From Mobula hypostoma (Eukaryota): a DNA stretch of 64,000 nucleotides. The stretch is taken from contig NC_086109.1 of assembly GCF_963921235.1 (NCBI RefSeq), positions 10,542,001-10,606,000 of the forward strand. The letters run 5' to 3'. A model generated the notes under the pieces. It searched no databases, was not told the DNA's origin, and saw nothing but the letters and a program-made list of their open reading frames with translations. The translations under genes and the position numbers were made by a program. Position 1 is the first letter of the stretch, and each line of letters opens with the position of its first letter. Positions 37,881-51,945 of this stretch are shown one piece after another.

Positions 37881-38711
37881 AGTGGAACAAGTGCTACACA
37901 TGCTCTTACACTTCCTCCCTTACCACCATTCAGGGCCCCAAACAGTCCTTCCAGGTGAGGCAACACTTCACCTGTGAGTTGGCTGGGGTGATATACTGCG
38001 TCCGGTGCTCCCGATGTGGCCTTTTATATATTGGCGAGACCCGACGCAGACTGGGAGACCGCTTTGCTGAACATCTACGCTCTGTCCGCCAGAGAAAGCA
38101 GGATCTCCCAGTGGCCACACATTTTAAATTCCACATCCCATTCCCATTCTGACATGTCTATCCACGGCCTCCTCTACTGTAAAGATGAAGCCACACTCAG
38201 GTTGGAGGAACAACACCTCATATTCCGTCTGGGTAGCCTCCAATCTGATGGCATGAACGTTGACTTCTCTAACTTCCGCTAAGGCCCCACCTCCCCCTCG
38301 TACCCCATCTGTTACTTATTTTTATGCACACATTCTTTCTCTCACTCTCCTTTTTCTCCCTCTGTCCCTCTGAATATACCTCTTGCCCATCCTCTGGGTC
38401 CCCCCCCCCCCGCTTGTCTTTCTTCCCGGACCTCCTGTCCCATGATCCTCTCGTATCCCCTTTTGCCTATCACCTGTCCAGCTCTTGGCTCCATCCCTCC
38501 CCCTCCTGTCTTCTCCTATCATTTTGGATCTCCCCCTCCCCCTCCAACTTTCAAATCCCTTACTCACTCTTCCTTCAGTTAGTCCTGACGAAGGGTCTCG
38601 GCCTGAAACGTTGACTGTACCTCTTCCTAGAGATGCTGCCTGGCCTGCTGCGTTCACCAGCAACTTTGATGTGTGTTGCTTGAACTTCCAGCATCTGCAG
38701 AATTCCTGATG
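37881..38711 (+). mobile_element. 5'-truncated PLE (GIY-YIG, 3'UTR, hammerhead at 38581-38616) with 13-bp TSD
   Basis: Nearly identical to 23247-24043; GVIYCVRCSRCGLLYIGETRRRLGDRFAEH; tttacaaactaca at 37868-37880 and 38712-38724. Confidence 0.95.
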
Positions 38712-39203
38712 TTTACAAACTACAGACTCACTTTCAAGGACTCCTGACAACTAAAGTTCTCAATATTATTTTTCAATTGCACTATTTGTCTTCTTTCACA
38801 CATTGGTTGTTGGTCAGTCCTTGTCTGTTAAGAAATATTTTTTTAATGAATTCCATAGTATTTTTTTCCTGTAAATGCCTGCAAGAAAATAAATCTCAAG
38901 GTGGTATATGATAGCATACTACCTTGAGATGCATTTTCTTGCAAGCATCTGATAATACTTGCCATGACTGTGTGAGTTTCTTCTGGGAGACATACTACGT
39001 TGACACTGGAATCATGGCAACACTTGTGGGTTCCCAACTCAATCCTCACTGATTTGATTTGATTTGATATAAACGATGCATTGTTTGGACATATAAGTGA
39101 CAAATAAGGCTAATCTCAAAAAATAAGGCTAATAATAAATTTGATAGTATTTTGATAATAAGTTCACTTTGAACAATAGTCCCAGATTCTACTAAACATA
39201 GTA

Positions 39204-40821
39204 CATTCATGGCCACTTTATTAGGTACCAGACATCCCACCTCTCCCGGAAGTTCCGGGGGTCCCCTGCATATTAATAGCAGCTCCCTGACGCCTGCAAA
39301 TTATATACAATACCCTGGAAATGAGAGGGAGAGCAGGAGCGGGAGTGAGAACGGGAGCGAGGTCGAGAGCGGGAGCAAGAGCGAGCATCCTGATTGGTCT
39401 CTCTTTGTGCTAAGTAGACCTATCAGTTTTCTCTGTGGGCGGGCTTTACAGTCGACCTCTGTCTCTCGATCAGTTCAGTTTCGTGTCTTGCACCGCCATG
39501 GCAAAGTGTTTCAAAAAAAGAAAATGTAAAACGCACTTCACCCCAGACGACACTAAATTGTACCCCTGCCTAACAGGGGTCAAAAATAATGACAGTGTTG
39601 CTCGCTGCGCTGTTCGCAACAGTGACTTTTCTATTGCCCATGGTGGGTTAGGACTGTAAAAGACACGTTGAGGTGAGTTTAACAGGTGTCATTCGTTCAT
39701 TAGCATCGCTAACGTTATTTAAACTAGCTGGCTGGCTGTTAAGGAGCTACGCTATTGATGTCCTACGTGATGAGGCCAAACTCCCTGTAGATGTGCTTAA
39801 AGTTGTAATAGAATTAAAAAAACAACTTCATGATAATATACAAGTACATACTGTATTTTAATGTCACATTTTCTGCATATACCCAGTTTACAGATTGGTT
39901 TACAGATTAGACAAAATCACTAAATGAAGTATTACATAAGACAATATTATAAGGATACACCTTATGCTTTTATTTCTTTTAGGAACCACAACATATCAGG
40001 GAGGCCAATCGCAGGGAAGGCTGCTCAAGTGTTTCACAGTTCTTTTCAGCAGAGTCACATCACAGTACAAGGAAAGTTTGCAAAAGAAATAGAAAAGCTA
40101 TTTGCATTAGCATTGAGATTGCCAACAAAATACTCAGCAAGGAATATATATATCTGTGTGTGGGTATGTAAATAGTTTCAATATGTGTCAAATAAATTGT
40201 TGTGTTCTTTCATAATCAAATGTTCTGTATACATGCACCCTTGGAGGTCGACCCGGGGGGGGGGGTGCAACCTCCCTGAAATGAGTTTTTGCAGGGTTGG
40301 ATGTCTGAGGTACACCTGTATACCTGCTCGTTAATGCACATATCTAATCAGGCAATTGTGTCACAGCAGCTCAATGTATAAAACCATGCAGACATGGTCA
40401 GGAGGTTCAATTGTTGTTCAGACCAAACATCAGAATCGGGAAGAAATCTGATCGAAGTCACTTTGACTGTGGAATGATTGTTGGTGCCAGATAGGGTGGT
40501 TTGAGTATCTCAGAAACTGCTGATCTCCTGGGATTTTTACACACAACAGTCTCTAGAATTTACAGAGAATTGTGTGATAAACAAAAAACATCTGGTGAGT
40601 GGCAGTGTTGTGAGTGAAAATTCCTTGTCAATGAGCGAGACGTCAGGGGAGAATGGCCAGACTGGTTCAAGGTGACAGTAACTCAAATAACTACACGTTA
40701 GAACAGTGGTGTGCCGAAGAGCATCTCTGAATGCCCAACACATTGAACCTTGAGGTGGACGGGCTACAGCAGCACAGGACCACAAACATACAGCCCTCTA
40801 CCTGATGGTGGCCACTGAGTG
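39204..40821 (+). mobile_element. Tc1-derived MITE copy B, interrupted by a DNA transposon
   Basis: Left TIR-like cattcatggccactttattag; body matches copy A; right end gtggccactgagtg|TA. Confidence 0.85.
39229..40307. mobile_element. Non-autonomous DNA transposon with CAGACATCCCACC TIRs, long form, perfect 6-bp TSD
   Basis: cagacatcccacc...gggttggatgtctg; aggtac at 39223-39228 and 40308-40313; inverted homolog of 27323-27926. Confidence 0.9.
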
Positions 40822-42896
40822 TATACATCAACCGTAGGGACTCACAAGTTAAGCCCGCACTGTTCTGTTGGACTCAGGTAGCTGGGCTAGAAACCACTGC
40901 TCCTTGTCCCAAATACAATGCATTCCTATACTGCAGTGACTCACTGGACCATATGGTAAGCATATGAACTGTTGGCCTAAACTCCCATTAACAAAGCCAA
41001 AACTTGGCTTCTGGGCTCACTAATGAAAAGACAGAGTCCAAACAAGTGTGAACGAAACAACAATTTGCACTCACCTTTGTTAAAAACGCTTCAGGCTGTA
41101 GCACAGAAGTAAAGCAAAAATACTTGGAAACAAAGATATCTAGCTAAAGTGACTGAGCCATGTTAGATCAATTGACCGATAGCTTGGTCAAAAAGATAGT
41201 CTTTAATGAAGTGGAGAGAGAGTGCAGGGACGGTATTCCAGAGCATAGAGCATTGCCAAAAGAAGAAAGAGCTCTCAGTTAAGCTCATGAATGATGTGGA
41301 CACAGCTCAGTAAATCACAGAAACCAGCCTCCTTTCCATGGACTCTGTCGACAATTATTGTTGCCAGCAGAATCAAAGACTACACCCACTCTGGACATTC
41401 TCACTTCTCCCCTCTCTCATCAGGCAGAGGATACAAAAGCCTGAAACTATATACTACCAGGCTCTAGGGCACTTTCTAGTTCACTATCATCAGACTCTTG
41501 AAGGGACTTTTTGTACAATAAGATGGACTCTTGGCCTCACAATCTACCTCATTATGATCATAAACCTTATTGTCTACCTGCCCTGCACTTTCTCTGTAGC
41601 TGTTACACTTTATTCTGCATTGTTATTGTTTTATTTTCTTCTACCTTTATGCATTGCGTCATGAGATTTGATCTGTTTGAAAAGTATGCGAGACAAGTGT
41701 TTTACTCAGTACATGTGACAATCATAAGCCTATTCTAAGTATGTAGCTAGAATTCAAATCCCAGCTCCACGAATGCACCAAATATTGGTTTTAGATTTGG
41801 AGAACAAAGCGTGTGGGGAAAAAAAATATGTGGTGGTTGGGAAGCAAGGTGCGATCATCGAGACTGAGTTACTTAAAATGAGCTGTTGTAGATTAGCCGG
41901 CAGAAAAGAGATGGGTGATCAAAAGTTAGAACCAGAGTAGAAGATTCAAGGATGTGCTTACGTTTAGGTAGAGAACAGTGCAGACAGGCAATTGAGAGTC
42001 AGCACCATATTGAAATAATCAAGTCCAGGGGTAACACACATAAAATGCTGGAAGAACTCAGCAGGTCAGGCAGCATCAATGGAAAGAAGTAAAGAGTCAA
42101 CAGTTTGGGCCAAGCCAAAAGCATCCATTAAAATTCTGCTTGCAAACTGGCACCATCTTGCTAATTAATTTTTGTGCATTTTTGAATTTATATAATGAAT
42201 CTTATCCCTAGAGGGTAAAATTGGTTGGCATGACAGTTAAGAAAGGTGAGACCTTTGTTGAACATGCAAGTGTGGTACTGTAGTTACCATCATTTCAGTT
42301 ATAGAAAAGATACAATTTGGGTTGACACAGTAGCATAGCAGTTAGCATAATGTATTACAATGCCAGTGATCAAGGTTCAATTCCACTGCTGGCTATACGG
42401 AGTTTGTACCTTCTCCCTGTGACCACATGGGCTTCTTTCCGGTGCTCCGGTTTCCTCCCACATTCTCTAAATCTATACCTCTCTTAAAAATAAAATCATT
42501 CTTCAGGTTAAAGGTCCACCTATAGGGCCGTAGAGTTTGGGGAAAAAAATGCAACACATGAAAGCAGCAACCAGATTTGATGGTAGAGTCATAGAAATGT
42601 ACACTCAGAAACAGGCCCTTCAGCCCTTCTAGTCTCTGCCAAACCACTTAAACTGCCTACTTCCATTGACCTCCATGTACCTATCCAAAGTTCTCTTATA
42701 CGTTGAAATCGAGCTTGCATGCACCACTTGCGCTGGCAGCTAATTCCACACTCACATCGCCCTCTGAATGAAGAAGTTTCCCCTCATGTTCCTCTTAAAC
42801 TTTTCACCTTTCAACTTTAACCCATGACTTCTAGCTGTAGTCCCAACCAACCTCAGTTTCTCAGTGGAAACAGCCTGTTGCAATTACCCTATCTAT

Positions 42897-43200
42897 GTGT
42901 GTGTGTGTGTGTGTCTGTGTGTGTGTGTGTGTCTCTGTGTGTGTGTGTGCGCGCCCTTAACTCCTGGTGGAGTCGTCGGGGCGCTGTCATGACAAGCTTT
43001 TTGGTATGCTCATTGTACGGCGTGTCTTGGGACATCTGAAAACTGGTGGAGCCCATCCCTCTCCAGGTTTGTTTTTTTTTACGAGGCCGAGTTGCCAGCT
43101 CGACACTCAACCCAGGCACGGATGGAGAGCGTGCAAGGGAGCCGGCCGGTTTCGAACACGGGACCTCTCACCCCGAAGTCCAGCTACGCCACCAGCCGGC
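42897..43200 (-). mobile_element. tRNA-derived SINE with (CA)n tail and 6-bp TSD, inside a CR1 3' fragment (about 42590-43345)
   Basis: Minus-strand head gccggctggtggcgtag..gtgttcgaaacc; atctat at 42891-42896 and 43201-43206. Confidence 0.8.
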
Positions 43201-43644
43201 ATCTATACCCCTCTCAAATCTCCCCTCGGTCTTCTATGTTCTGAGGAATGAAGTCCTGACCTACTCACTCTTTCCTTAAAACTCAGGTCCTCCAGTCCCA
43301 GCAACATCCTTGCAAATTTTCTCTGTACTCTTTCAACCTTATTTACAGAGTTAGGAAGCTCCCTGTACTAAGAATGATCAGCACTTGGTTTGGATTTCTG
43401 GAAACTCTTGTGGATATAATTTTCCAGTGATCATTTAAGAAATAGCTAACTTGTCATGGCATTGTAACCTTCCCGGAAAACTGAATCAAACCGCCTTCAT
43501 TGTCCACATGATTCTGTGAAGCCCGAATTTAATCTTCATCTTAAGAATGAATGCCCTTATTTCCAATATTGCTGTAGACACAACTTCCTGTCTTCACAGC
43601 TCTGAGATACACATAATCTTTGTGTCCATGCAATACCGAGACCG

Positions 43645-43860
43645 CAAAGACACAAGGGAGACTGCAGATTCTGGAAATCAGGAGGAAAACGCTGGAGGAA
43701 CTCAACAGGTCAGGCAGCATCTCTGGAAGGGAGTGGGCAGTTGACGTTTCAGGCCAAGATCTTTCCTTGGGACTTGAATAAAGAAGAAACCAGATTAAAA
43801 CAATGGTGGGGAGCGGGAGGAGCTCATGCTGGCAGGTGATAGGTAAATCCAGAAAGGGAA
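43645..43860 (-). mobile_element. Decayed PLE terminal fragment
   Basis: ctgcagattctggaaatc..gctggaggaactcaacaggtcaggcagcatc..gttgacgtttcaggcc. Confidence 0.75.
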
Positions 43861-45524
43861 GTGAAGTGGTGGGAATCAATGAAAGACCGCCCAACTAGGA
43901 CATTCAATAAGAGTGCAGAACACAACAAACTGTGCAAATACTAAAAAAGAGAAAAAATAATAATAACTATAGAGAACATGAGATCAAGAGTCCTTGAGAG
44001 AGAGTCCATTGGTAGTGGGAACAGTTCAGTGAAGGGGCAAGTGAAGTTATCCCCTTTGGTTCAAGAGCCTGATGATTGAGGGGTATTCCTGAACCTGGTG
44101 GTGTGAGTCCTGAGGCTCACTTGCAGTGTTATCAAATTAATCCATTTAATGTACATATCAGCAAAGCCACTCTTGTGGTCTCTTTGAACAATACATCACA
44201 GCGACTTGGTAGTATGGATTCAGAATTAGTTTACTCATTAAGCACAAGGTAGTCATGGAAAGGTGTTATTTTGGTTGGAGGTTAGTGACCAGTGGTAGTC
44301 CGCAGGGTCAGAGAAGTCAGTCAAGCTTGAATTGTTTCCTCTGGAGTGTCGAAGACTAGGGGGGTCTGATAGACGCTTATAAGATTATGAGAGTCAGGGT
44401 TCTTTTCCTGGGGTAGAGATTTCAAATACTACAGGACATGGATTTAAAGTGAGGAGGGTTAAGTCCTTTTTTGCACAGAGCACGATAGGAGCCTGGAGCA
44501 GGCTGCTTGGGTTAGTGGTGGAATTAGAGGTGACAGAGGTGTTTGAGAGGCACTAATGAGCTCTGGAATACACGAGGAAAGGAGGGATATGGATCAGATT
44601 TAGTTTAATTTGGCATCATGTTCAGCAGGGACATTGTGGGCCTTAAGGCCTGTTCCAGAGCTGTACTGTTCTACAGTACGTTCTATAGCTCATAAATTCA
44701 AAGTAAATTTATTATCAAAATATGTATATGTTACTAAATGCTACCTTGAGATTCATTTTCTTGCAGGCATTTATAGGACAAATAATGAAATACATTAAAA
44801 TTTAAGAAAAATACACATAAACACCAACGGGCCAACAAAGCAACGTGTAAAAGAGGACAACCTTCGTAAATATAAAAAAATACTGAAAACATAAATTGTG
44901 AACACGAGTGTCTGGGGGCTGTTACTCAGGGTCCTGTGGTGCTGGGATATCAGATTGAAATCCTTCCCCTCAAAACATTTGCCTGTGCTGCACCAAGTTT
45001 AGTGTGTCTCTTCACTCTGTTCCTCTTTCCCCAATTGCTGCCTGACCTCCTGAACGTTTCTGGTACATTTTCCTCCTTGTTTTTCCATTTCATGCTGCTG
45101 TCCCATTCTTGGTCCTACTTGGGCAGTATCCTGGGCTGATTAATCTGTCAAAGACCCCATGAAAATATGAGAAAGTCTGCAGTCAAAATGACATAAATTT
45201 CTTTTTTGGAGCTGAGACTGGGGAGTAGAATTTCTGAACAGTGTTAGCTATTTAATTTAGTTATTTATAACAGTGACATGGTTAATTAGAACAGGCACAG
45301 CCTGGGGTAATCCTCGAATGTCCACATGTGACGTAAAACCACAGTGTGGCGCTGCTGAGCAGCAGCTGATGGGGTCTGATGATTGGGCATTGGGTTTGCA
45401 GGACAATATGGCTGAGGGGAAAGTATGCATAGGCTGCTGTTTTTCTTACAGTGGATGGTGGGACAAGAATCATGATGGCCCTAAAGATAGCAAAAGGATC
45501 TGTTTTAATTTAATTGTCATAATT

Positions 45525-47362
45525 TAGCTTTGACCGAGAGAACAAGGAGGTCACCCTCAAAGCGGATCTCCCACCTAGTGAACTGCCTCTCTCACTTTCC
45601 ACCTCCGATGTTTACGCCACTCTGAGCAGGGTGAATGTACGGAAGCCAGCTGGTCCGGATGGAATACCTGGCCGTGTGCTCAGAGTCTGTGCAGGGCAGT
45701 TGGCCGGGGTCTTCACGGACATTTTTAAACTGTCCCTGGCCCAGGCAGTTGCCCCCACAGCTTCAAGATTACCACCATCGTGCCAGTGCTGAAGTATGCC
45801 ATTGCCAAGGGCCTGAATGACTTCAGTCCAGTTGCACTCACCCCCATCATTGCAAAGTGCTTTGAGAGACTGGTTCTATCACATCTGAAATCCTGTCTGC
45901 CCATTACCCTGGACCTCCATCAATTTGCCTATCGCACCAACAGGTCAACAGAGGATGCCATCTCCACGGCACTTCACTCTGCCCTGACCCACCTGGACAG
46001 CCCCAACTCTTATGTCAGAATGCTGTTCATTGACTTTAGTTCGGCATTCAATACTGTGATCCCCTCCAAGCTGATCACCAAACTTCGCCAGCTTGGTATC
46101 AGCTCATCCCTCTGCAAATGGACCTTGGACTTTCTGACTAACAGACCCCAATCAGTGAAGTTAGACAACCTCTCCTCCTCCACTCTCACCCTGAACACCG
46201 GCGTGCCTCAAGGCTGTGTGCTGAGCCCTCTTCTGTATTCCATTTTCACCTATGACTGCATTCCTGTACATGGTTCTAACTCCATAATCAAGTTCACAGA
46301 CGACACCATGGTGGTTGGCCTGATCAGAGGGGATGACGAGACGGCCTACAGGGACGAGGTCCAGCACCTGGCTGCGTGATGTGCCGACAACAATCTGGCC
46401 CTAACACCCAGAAGACCAAGGAGATCATTGTGGACTTCAGGCATGCTAGGAGCCACACTCACGTCCCCATCTACATCAACGGAGCTGTAGTGGAGCATGT
46501 ATCAAGCTTCAAATTCCTTGGTGTCCACATTTCTGAGGATCTCATATGGTCCCTGAACTCCTCCATCCTGATCAAAAAGGCGCAACAGTGCCTTTATTTC
46601 CTGCACAGCATCGAGAAAGCTCACCTGTGTCCCAGGATGCTGACGGATTTTTACCGCTGTACCATTGAGAGCATACTCACCAACTGCATCTCAGTATGGT
46701 ATGGCAATTGTCCCATATCGGACCGCAAAGCACTCCAGCATGTGGTGAAAACTGCCCAGCGGATTATTGGCACCCAATTGCCCACCATTGAGAACATTTA
46801 CCATAAGCGCTGCCTGGGCAGGGCGAAAAGCATTATCAAGGATGCATCTCACCCTAACCATGGACTTTTTACTCTTCTCCCATCCAGTAGGCGCTACAGG
46901 AGCCTCCGCTCCCGCACCAGCAAGCACAGGAAGAGCTTCTTCCTTGAGGCTGTGACCCTGCTGAACCTCACATCACAGTGCTAAGCCCTCTTGCTAGCTC
47001 TTCTTTCAGTTAGTCCTGACGAAGGGTCTCGGCCTGAAACGTCGACTGTACCTCTTCCTAGAGATGCTGCCTGGCCTACTGCGTTCACCAGCAACTTTGA
47101 TGTGTGTTGCTTGAATTTCCAGCATCTGCAGAATTCCTCGTGTTTGCACCCATATCGTTCTGTCTCAGTACTTTTATATTTGTGTGCTGTAGCACTTACT
47201 TTTTATTCACAGTTAGTTTGTAAATAACACTATTCTTTGCATTTCTGCTTAGATGCTGACTGCATTTCATTGGCTTTGTATCTGTACTTGGCACAATGAC
47301 AATAAAGTTGAATCTAATCTAATCTAATCTAATCTAATTTAATCTAATCTAATCTAATCTAA
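45525..47362 (+). mobile_element. 5'-truncated Rex1/Babar-type LINE with few lesions and an (AATCT)n tail
   Basis: [73 protein letters not shown]; in-frame TGA at 46377 and frameshifts; aataaa plus (aatct)n. Confidence 0.94.
46988..47146 (+). mobile_element. PLE terminal fragment with intact hammerhead (47012-47047), inserted just after the Rex1 stop codon
   Basis: agtc-CTGACGA-agggtctcggcct-GAAA-cg-TC-gact followed by the standard PLE tail. Confidence 0.9.
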
Positions 47363-47380
47363 TATGGTATTGATAGGAAG

Positions 47381-47625
47381 GAGACACGAGAGGCTGCAGA
47401 TGCTGGAATCCGGGGCAACACACAAAATGTTGGAGGAACTCAGTGCATTAGGCAGCATCTGTAGGGTAAAATAGACAGTCAACATTTTGGTTTGAGACCC
47501 TTCATCTAAAGCAGGGGTTCCCAACTCTTTTAATGCCATGGACCAATATCATTAAGCAAGGGGTGCATGGACCCCTGTTTGGGAGCTCCTGATCTAGACT
47601 GGAAGATAGAAGGAGATGGCCAGAA
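47381..47625 (-). mobile_element. PLE terminal fragment interrupted by a hAT-like MITE (47512-47591)
   Basis: cccttcatctaaag|caggggttcccaa...gggagctcctg|atctagactgg; imperfect 8-bp TSD atctaaag/atctagac. Confidence 0.8.
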
Positions 47626-48499
47626 TTTAAAAAAGCAAGGGGAATAGCAAGAGCTCAATGTTCAAAATAAATTCATTATCAAGGTATATATATGTCACCA
47701 TATATAACTCTGAGATTCATTTCCTTGTGGGCATACACAGTAAATCCAAGAAACACAACAGGATCAATGAAAGACTGTACTCAACGGGGTGGACAAACAA
47801 CCAATGTGCAAAAGACAACAAAGTGTGCAAATACTAAAGAAAATAATAATAATAACATAAAAATTATCAACAAATTCCAGATGATAAATGCCAAGAGAAG
47901 CCAGAAACAATCCAACGCATTACAGGATCCTGCAGCAATTTAACTCAATCTGATTACTTACAAAGGCACAATCAAGTAGCAAACAACATTTACCAAAATG
48001 CTGCCTTAAAATACAGACTCATAAAAGAAACCACACCTTACTATAACCACAAACTTGATCCAGTTTTAGAGTCAGAGTCTGAAAAATTATATTATGACTG
48101 ATCCATAATTTCAGACCACGGCAATCCATATTAACCACTTGGATATAATAATACAGGATAAACAAGCAAGAACAACTTAATAGATATAGCCATTCCAAAT
48201 ACACATAACATACAGAAATCAATAAGTGAAAAAGACCCAGAAATATGCTGAATTAAAAGTGGGAATCAAAGACTTTGGAACACAAACAGAGTGTACATTG
48301 TCCTAATAGTAACATCTACAACTGGTGTCATCCCAAAGGCATTACACAATAGCATTAAACAATTTCTATGTAAATCTTCAGAAAGCCACAACACGAAACA
48401 CCACTAGAATAGTTTGAAAGTTCCCAGCAATTGACAAGTGAGTTTGCTTGGCTATGCCTGCACCTCAGGTTTTGCCAGCTTGAGCTGAGAAGAAATAAA

Positions 48500-49650
48500 A
48501 ATAATAAGTATAATAAATAAGCAATAAATATCGAGAACATGAGATGAAGAGTCCTTGAGAGTGAGTCCATAGGTTGTGGGAACAGTTCAGTTATGGGGAG
48601 AGCGAAGTTATCTCCTCTGATTCAAGAGCCTGATGGTTGAGGGGTAATAACTGTTCCTGAACCTGCTGGTGTGAGTCCTGCGGCTCATTTACCTTCCTTC
48701 TGATAACAGAAGTGAGAAGAGAGCATGGTCTGGATGCTGGAAGTCCTTGATGATGCTTTCCTGTGACAAAATTTCACGTGGATGTGCTCAATGGTGAGGA
48801 GGGCTTTACTCATGATTATTGGGCCATATCCACTACTTTTTGTAAGATTTTCCATTCAAGGACATTAGTGCTTCCATACTTGGATGTGTTGCAACTAGTC
48901 ACTATGCTCTCCATCATGCATCTATAAAAGTTTGTCAAAGTTTTAGATGTCATGCTGAATCTCTGCAAACTTCTAAGGAAGTAGAGGTGCTGTCGTGCTT
49001 TTTTTGTAATGGCTTGTATGTGATGGGCCCAGGACATACCCTCTGAGATGATAACACTAAGGATTTTGAAGTTGCCGATCCCCCGATAAGGACCTGCTCA
49101 TGGACCTCTGGCTTTCTTCTCCTGAAATCAATAACCAGCTCCTTAGCCTTGCTGACAATAAGTGTGAGGTTGTTGTTGTGGCATAACTAAGCCAGGTTTT
49201 CAACCTTCCTCCTATGTGCTGATTCGCCACCACCTTTGATGCGGCCGATGTGGTATCCTCAGTGAACATATGGCATTGGAGCTGTTCTTAGCCTCAGTCA
49301 TAAGTGTAAACAATTAGAGATGGGGGCTGGAGTCTCAAGTGAGGAAATCAAGGATCCAATTGCGTAAGGAGGTATTGAAGCCAAGTTCTTGAAGCTTATT
49401 GATTAGTTTTGAGGGGATGATAGAATTCAATGCCGAGCTGTAGTTAATGAAGAGCATCCTGATATTTGCATCTTCACTGTCCAGGTGTTCCAGGATTGAG
49501 TGAAGAACCAAGAAATGGCATCTGCTGTGGACCTGTTGTGGTGATGGGCAAAGTGGAGCAGATCCACGTCTCTTCTCGGGCAGGAGTTGATATAGTTCAT
49601 CACCAACCTCTCAAAGCACTTCATCACAGTGGATGTAAGTGCTACTGGAC
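48500..49650 (-). mobile_element. Decayed Rex1/Babar-type LINE
   Basis: [19 protein letters not shown] and KKARQHLYFLRSL..ESIVT.C fragments on the minus strand. Confidence 0.85.
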
Positions 49651-51751
49651 GGTAGCAGGCAAACTAAGGGGCAGTTCCTCAATTCCCTCTGGGCAGTCTA
49701 CAGCCCAATGGCGTAAACACTGAGTTCTCCAACTTAAAGTAACCTGCTCTCTTTCTGTGCCTTTTCTCTCTCTTCCTAAACTCCCCAGTTCCACCACAGT
49801 CCCCATCACCCTGTTTCTTTTCCCCTTCTCCACCCACTCCATCTGCCCATCACCCATCACCCACACACACTCCTCCCATTGGGTACCCCAGTCTCTCACT
49901 GTTCCCACCTGCCCTCCCAACCTCCCTTATTTGGTTCCATGCTCCACCTTTCTCAGATCCAACAGACCCTATATCTACAAGTCTTAGACCAAATTCGAGA
50001 CCGCAGGTGAATGGGGGCCGAAAGTTACGGAGTGTCTTGGGGTTAGAGCATTGTAGTCCATGGGCAGGAGTGGGGAAGAATGCAGCTTGTTTTGCTGTTG
50101 TTGTTTTGTTGCTTGTTGTGTTCTGTTGTGTTTGTGTTTTGTGTTGCATTGTGGGCACGCTACGTTGGCACAGGAAATGTGTGGTGACACCTGGGGACAG
50201 GCCCCAGCACCTCCTTGGTTGTTGATGCAAACAACACACTTCTCTGTAGGTGTCGATGTACATGTGATAAATAAACTTTAATATTGTTCTTGAATCTTGA
50301 AAATTCATAGAAATATAGATATCTCCAGCACATTACAGGCCCTTGGGCCCACAATGTTGTGCCCACCACATAACCTACTCTAGAAACTGCCTAGAATTTC
50401 CCTGCCACATAGCCCCCTATTTCTCTAAGAATAATTCAATTTTTCTTTACAAGGGAAGTCAGGAGTCCTTGAGCACCATTCCTAGAGGGACACAGGAATT
50501 TCAGATAAGAGGTTTCTTTTCTTTTTGCTCTGAGATAGGGAAAGGTTAAGTAAACCTTCTTAAGTAAAATCCCTTCCCTCTCCTGAGATAGTGAACTGCT
50601 CAAGATAGGTCCAAGTCTTTTTAATTATGCTTGATTATAGTTTTCATCCGCAAAGCATGTTCATCTGAAAATGTGGACTGTTTAGGCTGACTAGCTCTTT
50701 TGACTGTGTCTCAGAGGATGTGTCATACTGTTAATGGGTTGAAGTCCCACTTCAGAAGTTCTTCTTTAAATCTGTAAATTTTCTTGGATTTGGCTTCTTT
50801 CCCACCCCCAACTAAGCCACTCTCAATTTTTAGAGAACATTCAAGACTCAACCAGGTGGACTACATCTAGAATGACATGTAGGTTGTACCAGTTAGGGAT
50901 GTGAAATTTGCCCTGCTTAAGAACATTTCTGAATCAGATGGGTTTTGACAACAATCCAGTTGCTTTGAGTAGTTATCTAAAAACCTAGGTCATTGGCAAT
51001 CATTAAAATAACAACAGTGGAGCATCAAATAAGTTGTAGATGTGAAAATACTTAACAGGTCAGTCAGCATCTGCACAGAGAGAAGCAGAGATAAGGTTTT
51101 TTTTGGTCAATAACACTTCATCATAACCAGAAACAGGAGAAAACAAGAGGGATTCAAGTTGTGCTGAGAAGCTAGACAATGTGTGTGGCAGTTTGGAGAC
51201 CAATGTTGTACTTGAAGTCACCTGGCCAGTATAAACAGGACGGGTTGGTTATCTGTGAATGTTGTGGGCAACATTTGCTTGCTTGTTTGTTTAAATCTGT
51301 CATCACTGTGGGGCATAAGCTGCTGACAGCAGCTCACCAGAGTCCTCTATCTTGGGCTAGTCTTTCAAGCTTTCCCCAGGTGTAGATCGTCTCCTTTTCA
51401 GTAAAGATACATCCTCTCCAAGGAACAAGGTCTTTGGTTCTTCTGTTGGCATTTCCGTAGCTCTGGGGTTTTACGGGAGGGTGTTTCCAGCCCTATGCAC
51501 AGTCCTTCTTTCACAACCGAGCTGAGGACCATCTGAGGTGGAGTTCGTTTTTTTGGCAGGTCCATGGTTAAATGGAAGATGAGGTGCTGGAATCATGTAG
51601 GAGATCCACAGAGAGATAGACTGCGAATGTGACAGGTACGTAACTAAAGTGAGAGGCAACTAGGACCTAACGGCCAACCTTGCAGATTGGATGGAGATAT
51701 TCAGGAAAGAGATCATCTCATCTACTGCGTACTCTTAAATATAGGAGATAG

Positions 51752-51945
51752 GTTTTGCAGATGCTGGAAATCCAGAGCAACACACACAAAATACTGGAGG
51801 AACTCAGCAGATCCGGCAGCATCTCTGGAGAGGAATAAACAGCCAACATTTCGGGCTGAGATCCTTCATCCGGACTGGAAAGGAAAGAGGAAGAGGCCAA
51901 ATAAGAAGGTGCGGGGAGGGATAGGAGTACAAGCTGGAAGGTGAC
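51752..51945 (-). mobile_element. PLE terminal fragment with mutated hammerhead
   Basis: tgcagatgctggaaatcc..ctggaggaactcagcag..tttcgggctgagatccttcatccggactgg. Confidence 0.8.
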
